Positions 21,798-33,096 of a DNA stretch of 64,000 bases are shown in pieces; within the stretch, counting starts at the first letter, position 1; each line of letters begins with the position of its first letter. The notes beneath the pieces were generated by a model. It ran no database searches and was not told the origin of the DNA. It saw only the letters and a list, made by a program, of their open reading frames with translations. Origin of the DNA: an uncultured Spirochaetota bacterium (lineage in GTDB: Bacteria; Spirochaetota; Spirochaetia; SZUA-6; CAVTHK01); the NCBI GenBank assembly GCA_963734495.1, contig CAVTHK010000011.1, positions 448,001 through 512,000 on the forward strand. Direction: 5' to 3'. The position numbers and the translations under genes were made by a program.

Positions 21798-23817
21798 ATG
21801 GGTAGGTTCGACAGGCCCGCGTTCAAGGGAAACGGATGGGTGGACGGGAAGCGGATCTGCTGGGAGGGCGAGGGCGAAGTGACGTGGCTCGAGCCGTACG
21901 GCGAGAGCTCCCTGCGCTTCCGCGGCTCGAAGAGCCTCCACATCAAGGAGGACCTCGACTGGACGCTGCTGCCGCCCGGCAGAGACAGCGCGGTCGTCGA
22001 GGTGAGCGACGAGAAGGCGGTGATCCGCAACGGCAAGATCCGCGCCGACGTGTACGGCGACGGGACGGTCAACTACTTCGATCAGGCGGGCCGGCCGCTC
22101 ATCGAGGAGTACTGGATCGACCAGAGGGAGATCACGATCCCGCTGAGGCGGGCCCGCGAATACCGCGCCCTTTCCAGCGAGGCGTTCGGGATCGACCTCT
22201 ACTTCAAGGCGAGGGCCGACGAGCATTTCCACGGCATGGGGCAGGACCCCAACGACTGCTTCGACCTCAAGGGCTCGTCGATCCCGCTCGAGCAGAAGAA
22301 CACCAAGTGCACGGTGCCGTTCCTTGTTTCCAGCCTCGGCTACGGTTTTCTCTGGAACAACCCCGCCGTCGGACGCCTCGACCTCGTGGCCAACCACACG
22401 GTCTGGCACGCCGACGCGGCCAAGCAGATCGACTACATCGTCACGGCCGGCGACACTCCCGGCGAGATCATGCGCCAGTACACGGAGATCACGGGACGGG
22501 CGCCGGTGCTGCCGCAGTGGGCCGCCGGGTTCTGGCAGTGCAAGCTGCGCTACGAGACGCAGGAGGAGCTGCTGGGCGTCGCCCGCGAGTACAAGCGCCG
22601 CGGCATCCCCGTGTCCGTGATCGTCTGCGACTACTTCCACTGGACGGCGCAGGGCGAATGGAAGTTCGACCCGACGCGGTGGCCGGACCCCAAGGCCATG
22701 GTCGACGAGCTGAGCAGCATGGGCATGCGCCTCATGGTCTCGATCTGGCCGACCGTCGACACCCGCAGCGAGAACTACCTCGCACATGCGCGACAAGAAC
22801 TACCTCGTGCGCGCGGAGCGCGGCACCTCGCTCTTCAAGATCGCCCACGGCGCCTGCACGTTCTACGACGCGACGCACCCGGGCGCACGGAAGTTCGTGT
22901 GGGAGAAGGTGAAGAAGAACTACTACGACCACGGCATCCGGATGTTCTGGCTCGACGAGTCCGAGCCGAGCTTCACGCCCTACGACTACGACAACGTGCG
23001 CTATTACCTCGGCAACGGCTCCGAGGTCTCGAACATCTATCCCTTCTACTATGCCCAGACCTTTCACGACGGCATGAAGGCGGCGGGCGAACAGGAGGTC
23101 GTCAACCTCCTGCGCTGCGCCTGGCTCGGGTCCCAGAGGCACAGCATCGTCGTGTGGTCGGGCGACATCGCTTCCACCTTCGACAGCCTGCGCAAGCAGC
23201 TCAAGGCGGGGCTCAACTTCTCCTTCAGCGGCGTGCCGTGGTGGACGACGGACATCGGCGGCTTTTTCAACGGCGACCCGCAGGACCCTGCGTTCAGAGA
23301 GCTGCTGGTGCGCTGGTTCGCCTTTGGCGTGTTCTGCCCGATCTTCAGGCTCCACGGGTTCAGGCTGCCTTACGTGGACGTGAATCGCTACGACCCGACC
23401 TCCTACAACCGCTCCGGCGGGCCCAACGAGGTGTGGAGCTACGGCGAGGAGAACACCCGGATCCTTGCGGACCTCATCGCGCTGCGCGGGAGGCTCGTGC
23501 CCTACATCATGGCCCAGATGCGCAAGGCGTCGGCCGACGGCACCCCCGTCATGCGTCCGCTGCTCTACGACTTTCCGAAGGACGAGACGGCGTCCCCGGT
23601 GTGGGACGAGTACATGTTCGGGCCGGACATCCTCGTCGCCCCGATCATCGAGGCGGGTCAGCGGAAGAGAAAGGTGTACCTGCCGCGGGGAGCCGCCTGG
23701 CTCGACCCGTACGCGAACAAGACGCACAAAGGCGGAGCGACCGTCGAAGTGGACGCACCGATGGAGAGGATCCCGGTCTTCCTCAAGGACGGCGCCAGGC
23801 TGCCCATACTGAAGTAG
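21798..23817 (+). CDS. GH31 alpha-glycosidase (alpha-xylosidase-like; frameshift near 22785)
   Basis: GFWQCKLRY, FWLDESEP, WSGDI, WWTTDIGGF, FRLHG, EYMFGPDILVAP. Confidence 0.92.
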
Positions 23818-23874
23818 TTGCCCGGCACCGCGGTCGAGATCTCTCGCTCGCCGCCCGTCACGCGGCTGCCGGCC

Positions 23875-24912
23875 CTATCGCTGCCCGGGAATAACGCGCT
23901 CGAGGTCGAGGGCCACGCCGGCCGGGGGGAGCGACGTCCGCACCAGGTCGATCTCCTCGTCGGTGGCAGGGCCGGTCACGATGAGAGGCTTGCGACCCTG
24001 GATGCGCTTGAGGGCCGGCAGGATCTCCGAGAGCAGGGGACCTCCCGGAAAGTCGATGCTCACCTGGATCGCGTCCAGCTCGGGAGCCGAGAGCAGGGCG
24101 TCGATGACGTGCAGGCATCCGGAGTGGACGTGGATCACCACGAAGTCGAACTCGTGAAAGACCCTGGAGTCACAGGGGAGGAAGAAGTCCTCGTAAAGCC
24201 GCGGCGACAGGAGAACCGCGTTGTCGAGCTGGGTGCGGATCGCACGGCCGGGAGCCCAGAGCCCGAAGGTCACGTCCCCCTCGAGAAACGGCGGGGCGAG
24301 GGCGAGGTGCCGGCGCGCCAGCGCCAGGAAGGTGTCGGTGCAGACCTCGAGGAGCTCGCGGGCAAGCGCGGCATCGTCGTAGAAGGCAGTGGCCATCGCC
24401 TCGTGGCCCATCGCCGCGGCCATGATGTCCAGCGGTCCCCGCATGAGCGGCTGGATCACGGGAAGCCGGCCGCGCGCCCGCCCGGCCAGGATCGCGGTGC
24501 CTTGGCCAAACCTGCTCAGCCAGGGGTCGTCCCCCGCAGGCTCGCCGCGGCGGCAGCGCTCCACGGTCTCGGCGTGCCCGTGGAGGAATCGCTCGGCCCA
24601 GGCGCCTCCCCTCTCCATGCGGACGGGACAGCCGAAGAGCGCCTCGGTCCAGCAGACGCCAGGGAGCTGGAAGCCGTTGAAGAAGAGGCCGTCCAGGAGG
24701 GATGTCGGCTCGTCTGCGAGCACGGCGTCGAAGGTCAGGCGTTCGGGGTCGATGGCGTCACCCTCCGCGAGCGAGGGCAGGGTTCGTCCGGAGTTGCCGC
24801 CGAATCCAAGGGGTCGGTGCGGCCGCACGCGAACGATCGGTTGTTCCCCCTGCTGCATCCGCCAGAATCGCCGGTGCAGGTCGACGACCGCCTCCAGTTC
24901 GCCTTGTCCCAT
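23875..24912 (-). CDS. divergent UroD/MtaA-like TIM-barrel protein
   Basis: MRGPLDIMAA, LSPRLYEDFFLP, IHVHSG, LDAIQ; start uncertain (24912 or 24939). Confidence 0.7.
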   Translation of the reverse strand: MGQGELEAVVDLHRRFWRMQQGEQPIVRVRPHRPLGFGGNSGRTLPSLAEGDAIDPERLTFDAVLADEPTSLLDGLFFNGFQLPGVCWTEALFGCPVRMERGGAWAERFLHGHAETVERCRRGEPAGDDPWLSRFGQGTAILAGRARGRLPVIQPLMRGPLDIMAAAMGHEAMATAFYDDAALARELLEVCTDTFLALARRHLALAPPFLEGDVTFGLWAPGRAIRTQLDNAVLLSPRLYEDFFLPCDSRVFHEFDFVVIHVHSGCLHVIDALLSAPELDAIQVSIDFPGGPLLSEILPALKRIQGRKPLIVTGPATDEEIDLVRTSLPPAGVALDLERVIPGQR

Positions 24913-25034
24913 GCGGTACAGACTTGCTCTCGGGTTCACCTGCGTCAAGCGCCAGCGGGGGGATGCCCCTGTGCGCCTTTCCGCATGCCCCTGGCGGGCG
25001 CGTGGACCCGCCAGGACGGGCGTGTCCGCCGGCA

Positions 25035-26243
25035 TCAGGCTGTGCGCATCGCCGAGGACTGCTCCCGCCGGTTCATCGCGGCGAACAGCGCGGCAAAGAC
25101 CGCCGTCACGACGAGAATCCACGCGGCGCCGATGCGGAAGACGGCCTGGATGCCGAGCAGGTCGCTGAGGACGCCGACGATGGGCGAGCCGACCGCGATC
25201 GGCAGCGTGAACCCGACGACGGACTTGAACGCCTGGCCGGTCGCCCTGAGCTCCGCGGGCATCCGGTCGTTGATGTAGACGGCGAGGCAATAGTCGAGCA
25301 CGACGAAGTTGGTGGCATGCAGGACCTGGCTGGCGAGGAGCACGACGGGGTTCGTCACGAATCCCCATATCAGGAACCGCAGTCCCATCATGATGCCGGC
25401 GGCGGTGACGGTGCGCCGGATGCCGAACCGCCGGACGATTCTGCCGCTCAGCGCCAGAAAGGGGATCTCGCCGACCGTCGATATCGCCACGGCCAGCGCC
25501 CCGGCGCTGTCGTTTCCCGTCAGGTCCCGCAGGTAGATGGTGAAGCTGTTGTAGTAGTGGTACATCGCCATCATGAGCAGGCAGGCGAACACCACGAGCA
25601 GGATGAGCTCCGGGTTGCCGTACAGGGCCTTGTACGAGACCCGCGCCGTCTTCGAGCGGTGACCGGTCACCGTGGGAAGAAAGAAGGCGGCCGCCAGCCC
25701 GGCCAGCAGAGTCACGGCGCTGAGCAGGAAAGCCGCGGTGAACCCCCACCTCGCCAGGACCGGCCCCAGCGCGATGTAGTAGGCGGTGTACCCGATCGTC
25801 CCCGCCATCCGCACGGGTCCGAACTCGCGGCCGCGGCTCTTCAAGTCCTCCAGGGCGATGGTGTTCGCCATGTTGCCCACAGGCCCCTGAAACACCTTGA
25901 TGAGAACCAGGAAGAGCGCGACCCAGGCGGCGCCGCGGCGAAGTGGGAGCAGGGCGATGACGACAGTGTTCGCCGCGAGCAGAACGGCGAGCAGATAGTT
26001 CTTGACGCGGACCCGGTCGCCCAGCACCCCCCAGACGGGCTGAACCAGCAGCGCCACTACCGGCGTCCACCCGAGGACGAAGCCGATGCCGGTCTTGCTG
26101 AAGCCTGCGGAGTCCAGGTAGCGGGCGAGGAACGGGCCGAACAGGGCGTTGGAGAGGAACATGAAAAAGAACAGCAGCAGGTGCGGGCGATAGTCTCCCC
26201 ACGCGGATCCGGGACTCTCGAGGTGCGCCGGGTCTGTTTTCAT
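25035..26243 (-). CDS. MFS transporter (LacY/MFS_1-like)
   Basis: About 12 TMs, QPVWGVLGDR, FGPVRMAGTIG. Confidence 0.88.
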   Translation of the reverse strand: MKTDPAHLESPGSAWGDYRPHLLLFFFMFLSNALFGPFLARYLDSAGFSKTGIGFVLGWTPVVALLVQPVWGVLGDRVRVKNYLLAVLLAANTVVIALLPLRRGAAWVALFLVLIKVFQGPVGNMANTIALEDLKSRGREFGPVRMAGTIGYTAYYIALGPVLARWGFTAAFLLSAVTLLAGLAAAFFLPTVTGHRSKTARVSYKALYGNPELILLVVFACLLMMAMYHYYNSFTIYLRDLTGNDSAGALAVAISTVGEIPFLALSGRIVRRFGIRRTVTAAGIMMGLRFLIWGFVTNPVVLLASQVLHATNFVVLDYCLAVYINDRMPAELRATGQAFKSVVGFTLPIAVGSPIVGVLSDLLGIQAVFRIGAAWILVVTAVFAALFAAMNRREQSSAMRTA

Positions 26244-26380
26244 CGGCAGCACATGATCGAGAAGCGAGGCGCGGGCTGTCAATAGCCGGCGCCCGCCGCG
26301 GCTGTACGCGTTGGTCGCGTCCGAGGTAGCCTGCGTCGCGGGGGGCACGCCTTCGCGGTGCGTGCCGGGTAGGAGGAAGG

Positions 26381-27799
26381 ATGGACAAGCCGTTCCTGGG
26401 AGTGCAGCTCGGATCGCACAGCGTCTACGACGAAGGCGCCGAGCACTGCCTCGACACCCTTGAGAGGACAGCGGGCGTCAACGCCGTCTTTGTCTACGCC
26501 CAGACCTATCACGGCGGTTTCGCGCGCGGTCGCAAGCTGAGCGCCCTCGCCCACGACCACGGCGTGGAGCCGAAGGACCCGGCGCCGCGCGAGATGACGC
26601 GCCTGTGGTTCACGCCGCACGAGCAGTACTACGCGGGCACGCCCGTGCGCTACGACGCGATGGCCGAGCACGGCGAGCTCGCCGGCCGCGACATCTTTGC
26701 GGAGCTCGCCGAGCCCTGCCGCAAGCGCGGCATCGGGCTCTACGCCCGTATCCTCGAGGGCTTCGGCAGAGACCTCGTGCAGCTCGTGCCCAACTGGCAG
26801 CAGTTGCTCACGGTCGACATCTACGGCCGCATCACGCAGCTGCCCTGCTTCAACAATCCCGGCTACAAGGCCTGGTGGCTCGCCACGGTCGAGGACCTGT
26901 TCAAGAGCTATCCCCTCGACGGATACAAGTGGGGCTCGGAGCGCAGCGGCCCGCTCTCGAACGTTCTGTTCGGCGCACACCGTGGCGGCGTGGCGCCGAC
27001 CTGCTTCTGCGAGCACTGCCTCGCCGAGGCGCGGGCCAGGGGCATCGACGCCGAGCGCGCGCGCCGCGGGCTGCGCGAGCTCTACGAGATGGCAAGCGGG
27101 CTTGCAGCCGGCGGCGCCGCGCCGACTGATGGGATTCTCATCGTGCTGCTGCGCCTTCTTCTCAAGTACCCCGAGATCCTGGCGTGGGAGACCATGTTCC
27201 ACGAGTCCCGCGAGGCGGTGGCCCGACTGCAGTACGGCGCGATCAAGCAGATCAGGCCGCAAGCCCAGGTGGGCTGGCACATCTACCACCACGTGTCGTG
27301 GGACCCGTTCTACCGCGCGGAGATGGATTACGCCGAGATCGCCGACTATTCGGACTGGATCAAGCCCGTGGTCTACCACGACGTCGCGGGCCCGCGCATC
27401 AGGCGCCATGTCCGCGACGTCCACGCGCGCTTCGGCCGCGAGCTGTCCGAGGAGCAGATCCTGGGCTCTCTCTACGCGGCGATGGGCTACGACGCCGGGC
27501 GCGAGCCCGGGCTCTCGGAGCTTGAGACGAGGGGGCTCTCACCCGAGTATGTCTACCGCGAAACAAAGCGGTGCGTCGACGCCGTGGCCGGCCGCGCAGC
27601 CGTGTATGCGGGAGTCGGCTTCGACATCCCGTGGATGGAGGAGCATTTCCCGAGCGCGCCCGAGACGGTCTATCAGGCGACGGTGCGGGCCTTCGAGGCG
27701 GGAGCCCGCGGCCTGGTGATCTCGCGCGAGTACGACGAGATGCGCCTTGAGAACCTCGAGGCGGTCGGCCGCGCGGTCAAGGATACCTGGAAGGCATAG
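26381..27799 (+). CDS. uncharacterised glycoside-hydrolase-like TIM-barrel protein
   Basis: CFNNP.Y, YPLDG, CFCEHC motif; GGAGG RBS; 472 aa intact. Confidence 0.7.
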   Translation: MDKPFLGVQLGSHSVYDEGAEHCLDTLERTAGVNAVFVYAQTYHGGFARGRKLSALAHDHGVEPKDPAPREMTRLWFTPHEQYYAGTPVRYDAMAEHGELAGRDIFAELAEPCRKRGIGLYARILEGFGRDLVQLVPNWQQLLTVDIYGRITQLPCFNNPGYKAWWLATVEDLFKSYPLDGYKWGSERSGPLSNVLFGAHRGGVAPTCFCEHCLAEARARGIDAERARRGLRELYEMASGLAAGGAAPTDGILIVLLRLLLKYPEILAWETMFHESREAVARLQYGAIKQIRPQAQVGWHIYHHVSWDPFYRAEMDYAEIADYSDWIKPVVYHDVAGPRIRRHVRDVHARFGRELSEEQILGSLYAAMGYDAGREPGLSELETRGLSPEYVYRETKRCVDAVAGRAAVYAGVGFDIPWMEEHFPSAPETVYQATVRAFEAGARGLVISREYDEMRLENLEAVGRAVKDTWKA

Positions 27800-27847
27800 A
27801 GGGCTGGCGCGGACGCGTGTCGCGGGGACCGCGCGCGCCGTGTTGGA

Positions 27848-29194
27848 CTACAAGCTGACCCCCATCTCAGACAGTGTGGCCCGCACCTTGTCGACATCGA
27901 TGTCGCGCAGCTTGACCCCCGTCGCCGCCGACAACGCGGCTGCGACGCCGGCGCCCTGCCCGATCGAGATCATGTTGCCCATGCTCTTGCCGCCGTAGTG
28001 CCCGAGCATCGTCGCCGAGCTGCAGCGCCCCGCCACGAGCAGGCCGTCGACGTCCCGGGGCAGCAGCGAGCGGTAGGGGAACTGGGCGCCCTGCTTGATG
28101 GCGATGTAGGGCCGCTGCTTTCCGACCGGGTCGCTTCCGCCGTACTTGCTCGCGATCGCGTCCTTGAACAGGCTTCCCTGCATGACGTCCTTGTCGCTGA
28201 AGAGGTACTCGCCGACGAGCCTGCGCGTGTCGCGCGCCATCGCGAACCCGCCGGTCCTCATGAGGTGGACATCCTCCATGCCGGGTATCCGCTTTTCGCG
28301 CGCGAACGCGATGAACCCGAGCGCCTGGTCGATCGCCATCTTCTCCACGAGCGTGAGCGTCGCGCTGTGGGACGCATCCAGGGCCAGATCGAGCGATGTG
28401 CCGCTGTTGACGGAAACGACGCCCGGAATCGTGGTCTTGTTGAAGCCGATCCAGTCCGGCAGCGTGTACCCCTTTTCGCGGTACTCGCGCAGCAGCTCGT
28501 TGAACCCGTGGAACTGATGGCGGTCGAGCTCGAGATCTCCGGCGAGCCATGCGTAGAACCGCTCGGTGTCGACGTTGCAGACCGCCCACCCCACGGTCAT
28601 CGGCGGGCGCCACCCCGTCGTCTCGTCGCCGTCGGTTGCCATCTTGCAGCCGGCGAGCGCCGCCACGTCGCCGTCGCCCGTGGCATCGATGATGACTTTG
28701 CCGCGGTACGTGACGGGCCCTTCCTTTGCCCCCACGACGACGCCCGTCACCCGGGTCTTCTCTTTCACGACGTCGATCACGGGGCTGTAGAGCTGGTAAT
28801 CGACCGCGTGCCGCTCGAAGAGGTCGAACAGGACCTTCTTGAGGTACTCCGGGTGGACGTTCAGGTTGCCTCCGCTGCCGGGGACGTTCGGCTCGCGCCG
28901 GCCCGGCCTGGATGCGTCGGGCCCCCAGAGGCGCAGCGCGTCGACGAGCACGCGGTGCACACCGCCCCGGTCGGTCTCGCTGTTGTCCTTGAAAAGGAAG
29001 TTGATCTCCATCCACAGCGCCGCCGTTGCAGTGCCGCCGAACTGGCTCCGAGCTTCCAGTATCAGCGTCTTTGCGCCGTTCATCGCCGCAGCGAGCGCGG
29101 CGCCGATGCCCGCCGGCCCGCCGCCGGCGACGATGACGTCGTAGGTTGTCTGCGGCTTCGCGCAGCGTGCGTAGAGTCCGGTTGCTGGTTGCAT
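27848..29194 (-). CDS. FAD-dependent oxidoreductase (FAD_oxidored family)
   Basis: DVIVAGGGPAG, IDATGDGDVA, PYRSLLP, LLVAGRC. Confidence 0.9.
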   Translation of the reverse strand: MQPATGLYARCAKPQTTYDVIVAGGGPAGIGAALAAAMNGAKTLILEARSQFGGTATAALWMEINFLFKDNSETDRGGVHRVLVDALRLWGPDASRPGRREPNVPGSGGNLNVHPEYLKKVLFDLFERHAVDYQLYSPVIDVVKEKTRVTGVVVGAKEGPVTYRGKVIIDATGDGDVAALAGCKMATDGDETTGWRPPMTVGWAVCNVDTERFYAWLAGDLELDRHQFHGFNELLREYREKGYTLPDWIGFNKTTIPGVVSVNSGTSLDLALDASHSATLTLVEKMAIDQALGFIAFAREKRIPGMEDVHLMRTGGFAMARDTRRLVGEYLFSDKDVMQGSLFKDAIASKYGGSDPVGKQRPYIAIKQGAQFPYRSLLPRDVDGLLVAGRCSSATMLGHYGGKSMGNMISIGQGAGVAAALSAATGVKLRDIDVDKVRATLSEMGVSL

Positions 29195-29260
29195 GAAAAC
29201 CTCTGCGAAAAAGGACACGAGGGCGGTCGAGCCCTCGTGTCCGGGATTGCGGCCGCTCTC

Positions 29261-30763
29261 TTACTTCGCGCCCTTGGCGTAGGCTTCGGCAAACTCCACG
29301 GCGATCTTGTCGCCGCCGCTGTCGCGCCAGCGCTTGACCTCCGCTTTGAAGCCGTTCTCGTCGATCTTCCCCATGATGAACTTGATGCCGGCATCGGCGA
29401 TGATCTGCTCGATGTTGGCCTTTTCGACGAGGGTCGCGGACAGCAGGCCCAGCGACTGGTTGGGGACCGCGTACTTGAGCGTCTCGGTGTCGAGCCGGGC
29501 GGCCAGCTCGTGTACGGGCGACAGCTTTCCGGGCATGGCGTTGTCGTCGGGCCACACCGGCGCGAGCGTGTAGCGATAGGGGAACCGTATAGTAGTGTCG
29601 AAGTCGGCGAGCTTTTCCGGGATGGGGACGGCCACGCCGTTCTCCACCTTGTAGTGCACGCCTTCGAGGCCGTAGGTAAAGAGGTTGGAGATCGTCTTGC
29701 CGCCGAGGGTGTCGAAGAAGGCGAGCATCTTTTTCATCTCGTCCTCCTTCTTGTAGCGCGTCTTGGTGAGGAGCATGACCCCGTTGTGGCCGCTCTCCGC
29801 GATCGTGCGGATCTTTCCGTCCGGCCCGGCTACGAGGCTGAAGGCCCAGGTTTCGGCGTTGGGAAAGTTCTTCTTGACCGAGGTGGCGCTCACGGGCACC
29901 TGCTGCGAGCTGTCGCGGATCATGGCGGCCTTGCCTTCGTTGTACATGCCGTAGATGTGCTTGTTGCGGTCCAGGATCGCGAAGTCAGGGTGGATGATCC
30001 CCTCGTCGTAGAGACGCTTGATGAACTTGAGGCCGTCCAGATACTCGGGCGTGGTCGCGTCGCGCACGAACTTGCCGTCCCTGACCTCCCAGGTGTTGGG
30101 CGCCCCGGCGATAAAGGTGAAGTGGTTGATGACGCTCTTCTCCATGACGAGGCCGTAGACGTCCTTCTTGCCGGTCCCGCTCAGGTTGGCGTTGGTGAGC
30201 GTCCTCGCGACGGTGTAGAACTCATCGAGGTTCTTCGGCTCCTTGAGCCCGAGCTTGTCGAACCAGTCCTTGCGGTAGATGAACGTGCGGCGCACCAGGG
30301 CGCGGATCTTGGGCAGCCCGTAGATCTTGCCTTCGATCTTGATGTTGTTGTAGATGATGGGGTTGACCCTGGCCAGGTTCGGGTAGCTCGGGATCGACGG
30401 CCCGATGTCCCAGAACATGCCGCCCCGCGCCGCGTTCAGAACCGGCGCCTTGAGCACGTCGGGGACGCCGACTGAAAGGACATCCGGGAGATCCCCCGAA
30501 GCGAGGAGGGTCGGGAACGCCTCGGCATAGGCCGTGCCCGTGAAGCCCTTGATGTCCAGCTTTGTGTTGGTCTCCTTTTCCAGGATCTTCTGGATGTCGT
30601 TGCCCGGCTGAGGGAACTCGACGCCGTCGTGCCACAGGAAGATCTTGATCGGGAACGGCTGTGATCCCGCCGACCTGGACTCCTCCTTGCCGCCCTCGGC
30701 AAAGACCGCCAGCCCCAGAACGAGGCCCAGGGCCAGCATCGCAGCGAACACTCGATTGCTCAT
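29261..30763 (-). CDS. family-1 sugar ABC substrate-binding protein (LplA-like)
   Basis: Signal peptide, LASGDLPD, YRKDWFDKLGL, YGLEGVHY. Confidence 0.9.
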   Translation of the reverse strand: MSNRVFAAMLALGLVLGLAVFAEGGKEESRSAGSQPFPIKIFLWHDGVEFPQPGNDIQKILEKETNTKLDIKGFTGTAYAEAFPTLLASGDLPDVLSVGVPDVLKAPVLNAARGGMFWDIGPSIPSYPNLARVNPIIYNNIKIEGKIYGLPKIRALVRRTFIYRKDWFDKLGLKEPKNLDEFYTVARTLTNANLSGTGKKDVYGLVMEKSVINHFTFIAGAPNTWEVRDGKFVRDATTPEYLDGLKFIKRLYDEGIIHPDFAILDRNKHIYGMYNEGKAAMIRDSSQQVPVSATSVKKNFPNAETWAFSLVAGPDGKIRTIAESGHNGVMLLTKTRYKKEDEMKKMLAFFDTLGGKTISNLFTYGLEGVHYKVENGVAVPIPEKLADFDTTIRFPYRYTLAPVWPDDNAMPGKLSPVHELAARLDTETLKYAVPNQSLGLLSATLVEKANIEQIIADAGIKFIMGKIDENGFKAEVKRWRDSGGDKIAVEFAEAYAKGAK

Positions 30764-30869
30764 GATGATCGTATCTCCTTCTCGCGTGATTGTGATCCGC
30801 GGTCATGGTCCAGGCGATTCTCTCCCACCTCCTTGGCGGCGGCTCCTGCGCCGCCGGCGCATGTGTTGA

Positions 30870-31730
30870 TCACCCCTTGATCGAGCCCAGCAGGATCCCC
30901 TTGGTAAAGTGGCGTTGAAGGAAGGGGTATACCAGGAGAATCGGGACCGTGGACACCACGATCACGGCCGAACGGATCGCGTCGGAGGTGAACGTCATGT
31001 TCACGTCCGACGACAGTGTCGAGTCGCCGATTCCCGTGGTGACGAAGATGACCTGCCTCAGGAGCACCTGGATCGGCCACTTGTCGGGTTCCTGGATGTA
31101 GATGATCGCCGCGAACCAGGTGTTCCACCTCGCGACTGCATAGAAGAGCCCGAAGGCAGCCATCGCCGGCATCGAGAGCGGCAGGATGATCCGGAACAGG
31201 ATGATGAGCTCGTGGCACCCGTCGATGACCGCCGACTCCTTGAGCTCGTCGGGGATGGCCATGAAGAAGTTCCTCAGGACGATGAGGTTGAAGGAGTTGA
31301 TGGCAGTGGGGATGATCAGGGACCACAGCGTGTTCATGAGGCCGGTGCCCCTCACGACGAAGTAGGTCGGTATGATGCCGCCGCCGAACATCATCGTGAA
31401 GACCACCATGAACATGAAGGCATTCCGCCCGACGAGGTCCCTGCACGCGAGCGCGTAGGCCATGAACGACGTGAGCAGCAGGCTGACGGCGGTGCCCACG
31501 ATCGTCACGTAGACCGAAACCATCAAGCTTCGCGGAAGAGTCACGGCCGAGAAGATGTAGCGGTAGGCCGCCATTCCGAACTTGAGCTGCATCAGGTCAT
31601 TGGATCGCGAGAAAGACATGGCGAGGACGTACAGAATCGGGAGCAGCGTGAGCATCGCGTACCCGAACAGAACCACATGGATCAGCGCGTCCTCGGCGAC
31701 GCCCGCGAGCGACCTGTCCCGGACCATCAA
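30870..31730 (-). CDS. carbohydrate ABC permease (LplC-like)
   Basis: ELKESAVIDGC loop, YPFLQRHFTKGILLGSIKG. Confidence 0.92.
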   Translation of the reverse strand: MMVRDRSLAGVAEDALIHVVLFGYAMLTLLPILYVLAMSFSRSNDLMQLKFGMAAYRYIFSAVTLPRSLMVSVYVTIVGTAVSLLLTSFMAYALACRDLVGRNAFMFMVVFTMMFGGGIIPTYFVVRGTGLMNTLWSLIIPTAINSFNLIVLRNFFMAIPDELKESAVIDGCHELIILFRIILPLSMPAMAAFGLFYAVARWNTWFAAIIYIQEPDKWPIQVLLRQVIFVTTGIGDSTLSSDVNMTFTSDAIRSAVIVVSTVPILLVYPFLQRHFTKGILLGSIKG

Positions 31731-31851
31731 GCCTCCCTCCGCTTCTCCGGACAGCTACGGCGGCCTGTCGGGCTTCCGCGCCCGGGTCTGATCGGCCGCA
31801 CCGGCCGGTCGCGACGCCAGGCGCGCACGCCCGGCACAGGGTGCGCCCTCT

Positions 31852-32802
31852 CTAGAACACCCCTTCTTCGCCGACCCTCTTGGCGAGCGCGTTGGACATG
31901 TAGACCAGCGCGAGCCCGATGACGGCCTTGAACAGGCCGACAGCGGTGCTGTAACTGAACTGCGCCTGCCTGATGCCGACTTCGTAGACGTACGTGTCGA
32001 ACACCTCCGCCACTTCGCGGTTCATGGCGTTGGACATGAGGAGGATCTGCTCGAAGCCGACATCGAGGAAATGGCCCAGCCTCAGGATCAGGATGATGAT
32101 GATGGTGCTGCGGATCGACGGGAGGGTAATGTACCAGAGCTGCTGCCAGCGGTTGGCTCCCTCGACGATGGCGGCTTCGTACAGCTGTACGTCGACCCCG
32201 GCCAGAGCGGCGAGGAATACGATGGTTCCCCACCCGGCGTCGCGCCAGATGAACTGCGACACGATGAGCGGCCGGAACCACGCCGCGCTGAGCAGGAAAT
32301 TGATGCGCTTGACGCCGATTGCCTCGAGCACGTGGTTGACTACCCCGTCTGTCGTGGACAGAAGCGTGTACGTGATGCCGGCTATCACGACCCAGGAGAG
32401 GAAGTGCGGCAGGTAAGTGGTCGTCTGGACGAAGCGCTTGTAGCGTTCACCGCGGATCTCGTTCAGGAGCAGGGCGATGACGATCGTGATCGGGAAGTAG
32501 AAGACCAGGTTGTAGAGCGCGATGATCAGCGTGTTGACGAGAAGCCGGATGAACTCAGGCTCGCCGAAGAACCGGTTGAAATGCTTGAGCCCCACCCACG
32601 GGCTTCGGAAGAACCCGAGGTTGGGGATGAAGTCCTGGAACGCCATCAGGATGCCCCAGATGGGGATGTAGCGATAGATGACGAAATACGCGAGGCCCGG
32701 CGCGAGGAGCAGAAACAGGTAGCGCTGCTTCCAGAGCAGCGCGCTCAGAGGCCTTCGCGCGGGCAGAAGGCCTGCGGCGGCACGGACAGGCGCTCGACCC
32801 AT
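31852..32802 (-). CDS. carbohydrate ABC permease (LplB-like)
   Basis: WVGLKHF, YLPHFLSWVV, LYEAAIVEGA. Confidence 0.92.
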   Translation of the reverse strand: MGRAPVRAAAGLLPARRPLSALLWKQRYLFLLLAPGLAYFVIYRYIPIWGILMAFQDFIPNLGFFRSPWVGLKHFNRFFGEPEFIRLLVNTLIIALYNLVFYFPITIVIALLLNEIRGERYKRFVQTTTYLPHFLSWVVIAGITYTLLSTTDGVVNHVLEAIGVKRINFLLSAAWFRPLIVSQFIWRDAGWGTIVFLAALAGVDVQLYEAAIVEGANRWQQLWYITLPSIRSTIIIILILRLGHFLDVGFEQILLMSNAMNREVAEVFDTYVYEVGIRQAQFSYSTAVGLFKAVIGLALVYMSNALAKRVGEEGVF

Positions 32803-32865
32803 GCTTCGTCAACTCCGGGGAGTGGACTCGCGGACCTCGCTGCGTCGCGCAACGGCGCTTTTCGG

Positions 32866-32893
32866 ATAGTAGCATGGTCGGCGCGGTTGTCAA
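32866..32893 (-). promoter_or_regulatory. sigma70-type promoter of the Lpl-like ABC operon
   Basis: TTGACA-N16-TACTAT with TG extension. Confidence 0.6.
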
Positions 32894-33096
32894 CACGGGC
32901 GGGCGTCTCGAACCGGCGGGGCGTCATCCTCAGCGTTCTTCCGTGTTGACGGCGACCTGACGGCGGAGGCCATTTCTTTGACGGCGCGGGACACGACTTG
33001 GCCGTCCCCCTTGCGGTGGACAGGCTGCCTCGTAGACTTGGCTCGAGTGATGTCGCGGGCGCCGGTCCGAGCTCGCCAGAACACAGGAGGAGAGTC

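Noticed and set aside
23875-26388. 837-aa ORF as an MFS/UroD fusion
   Set aside because: The upstream part is an off-frame read of the MFS gene; only the last ~345 codons look coding.
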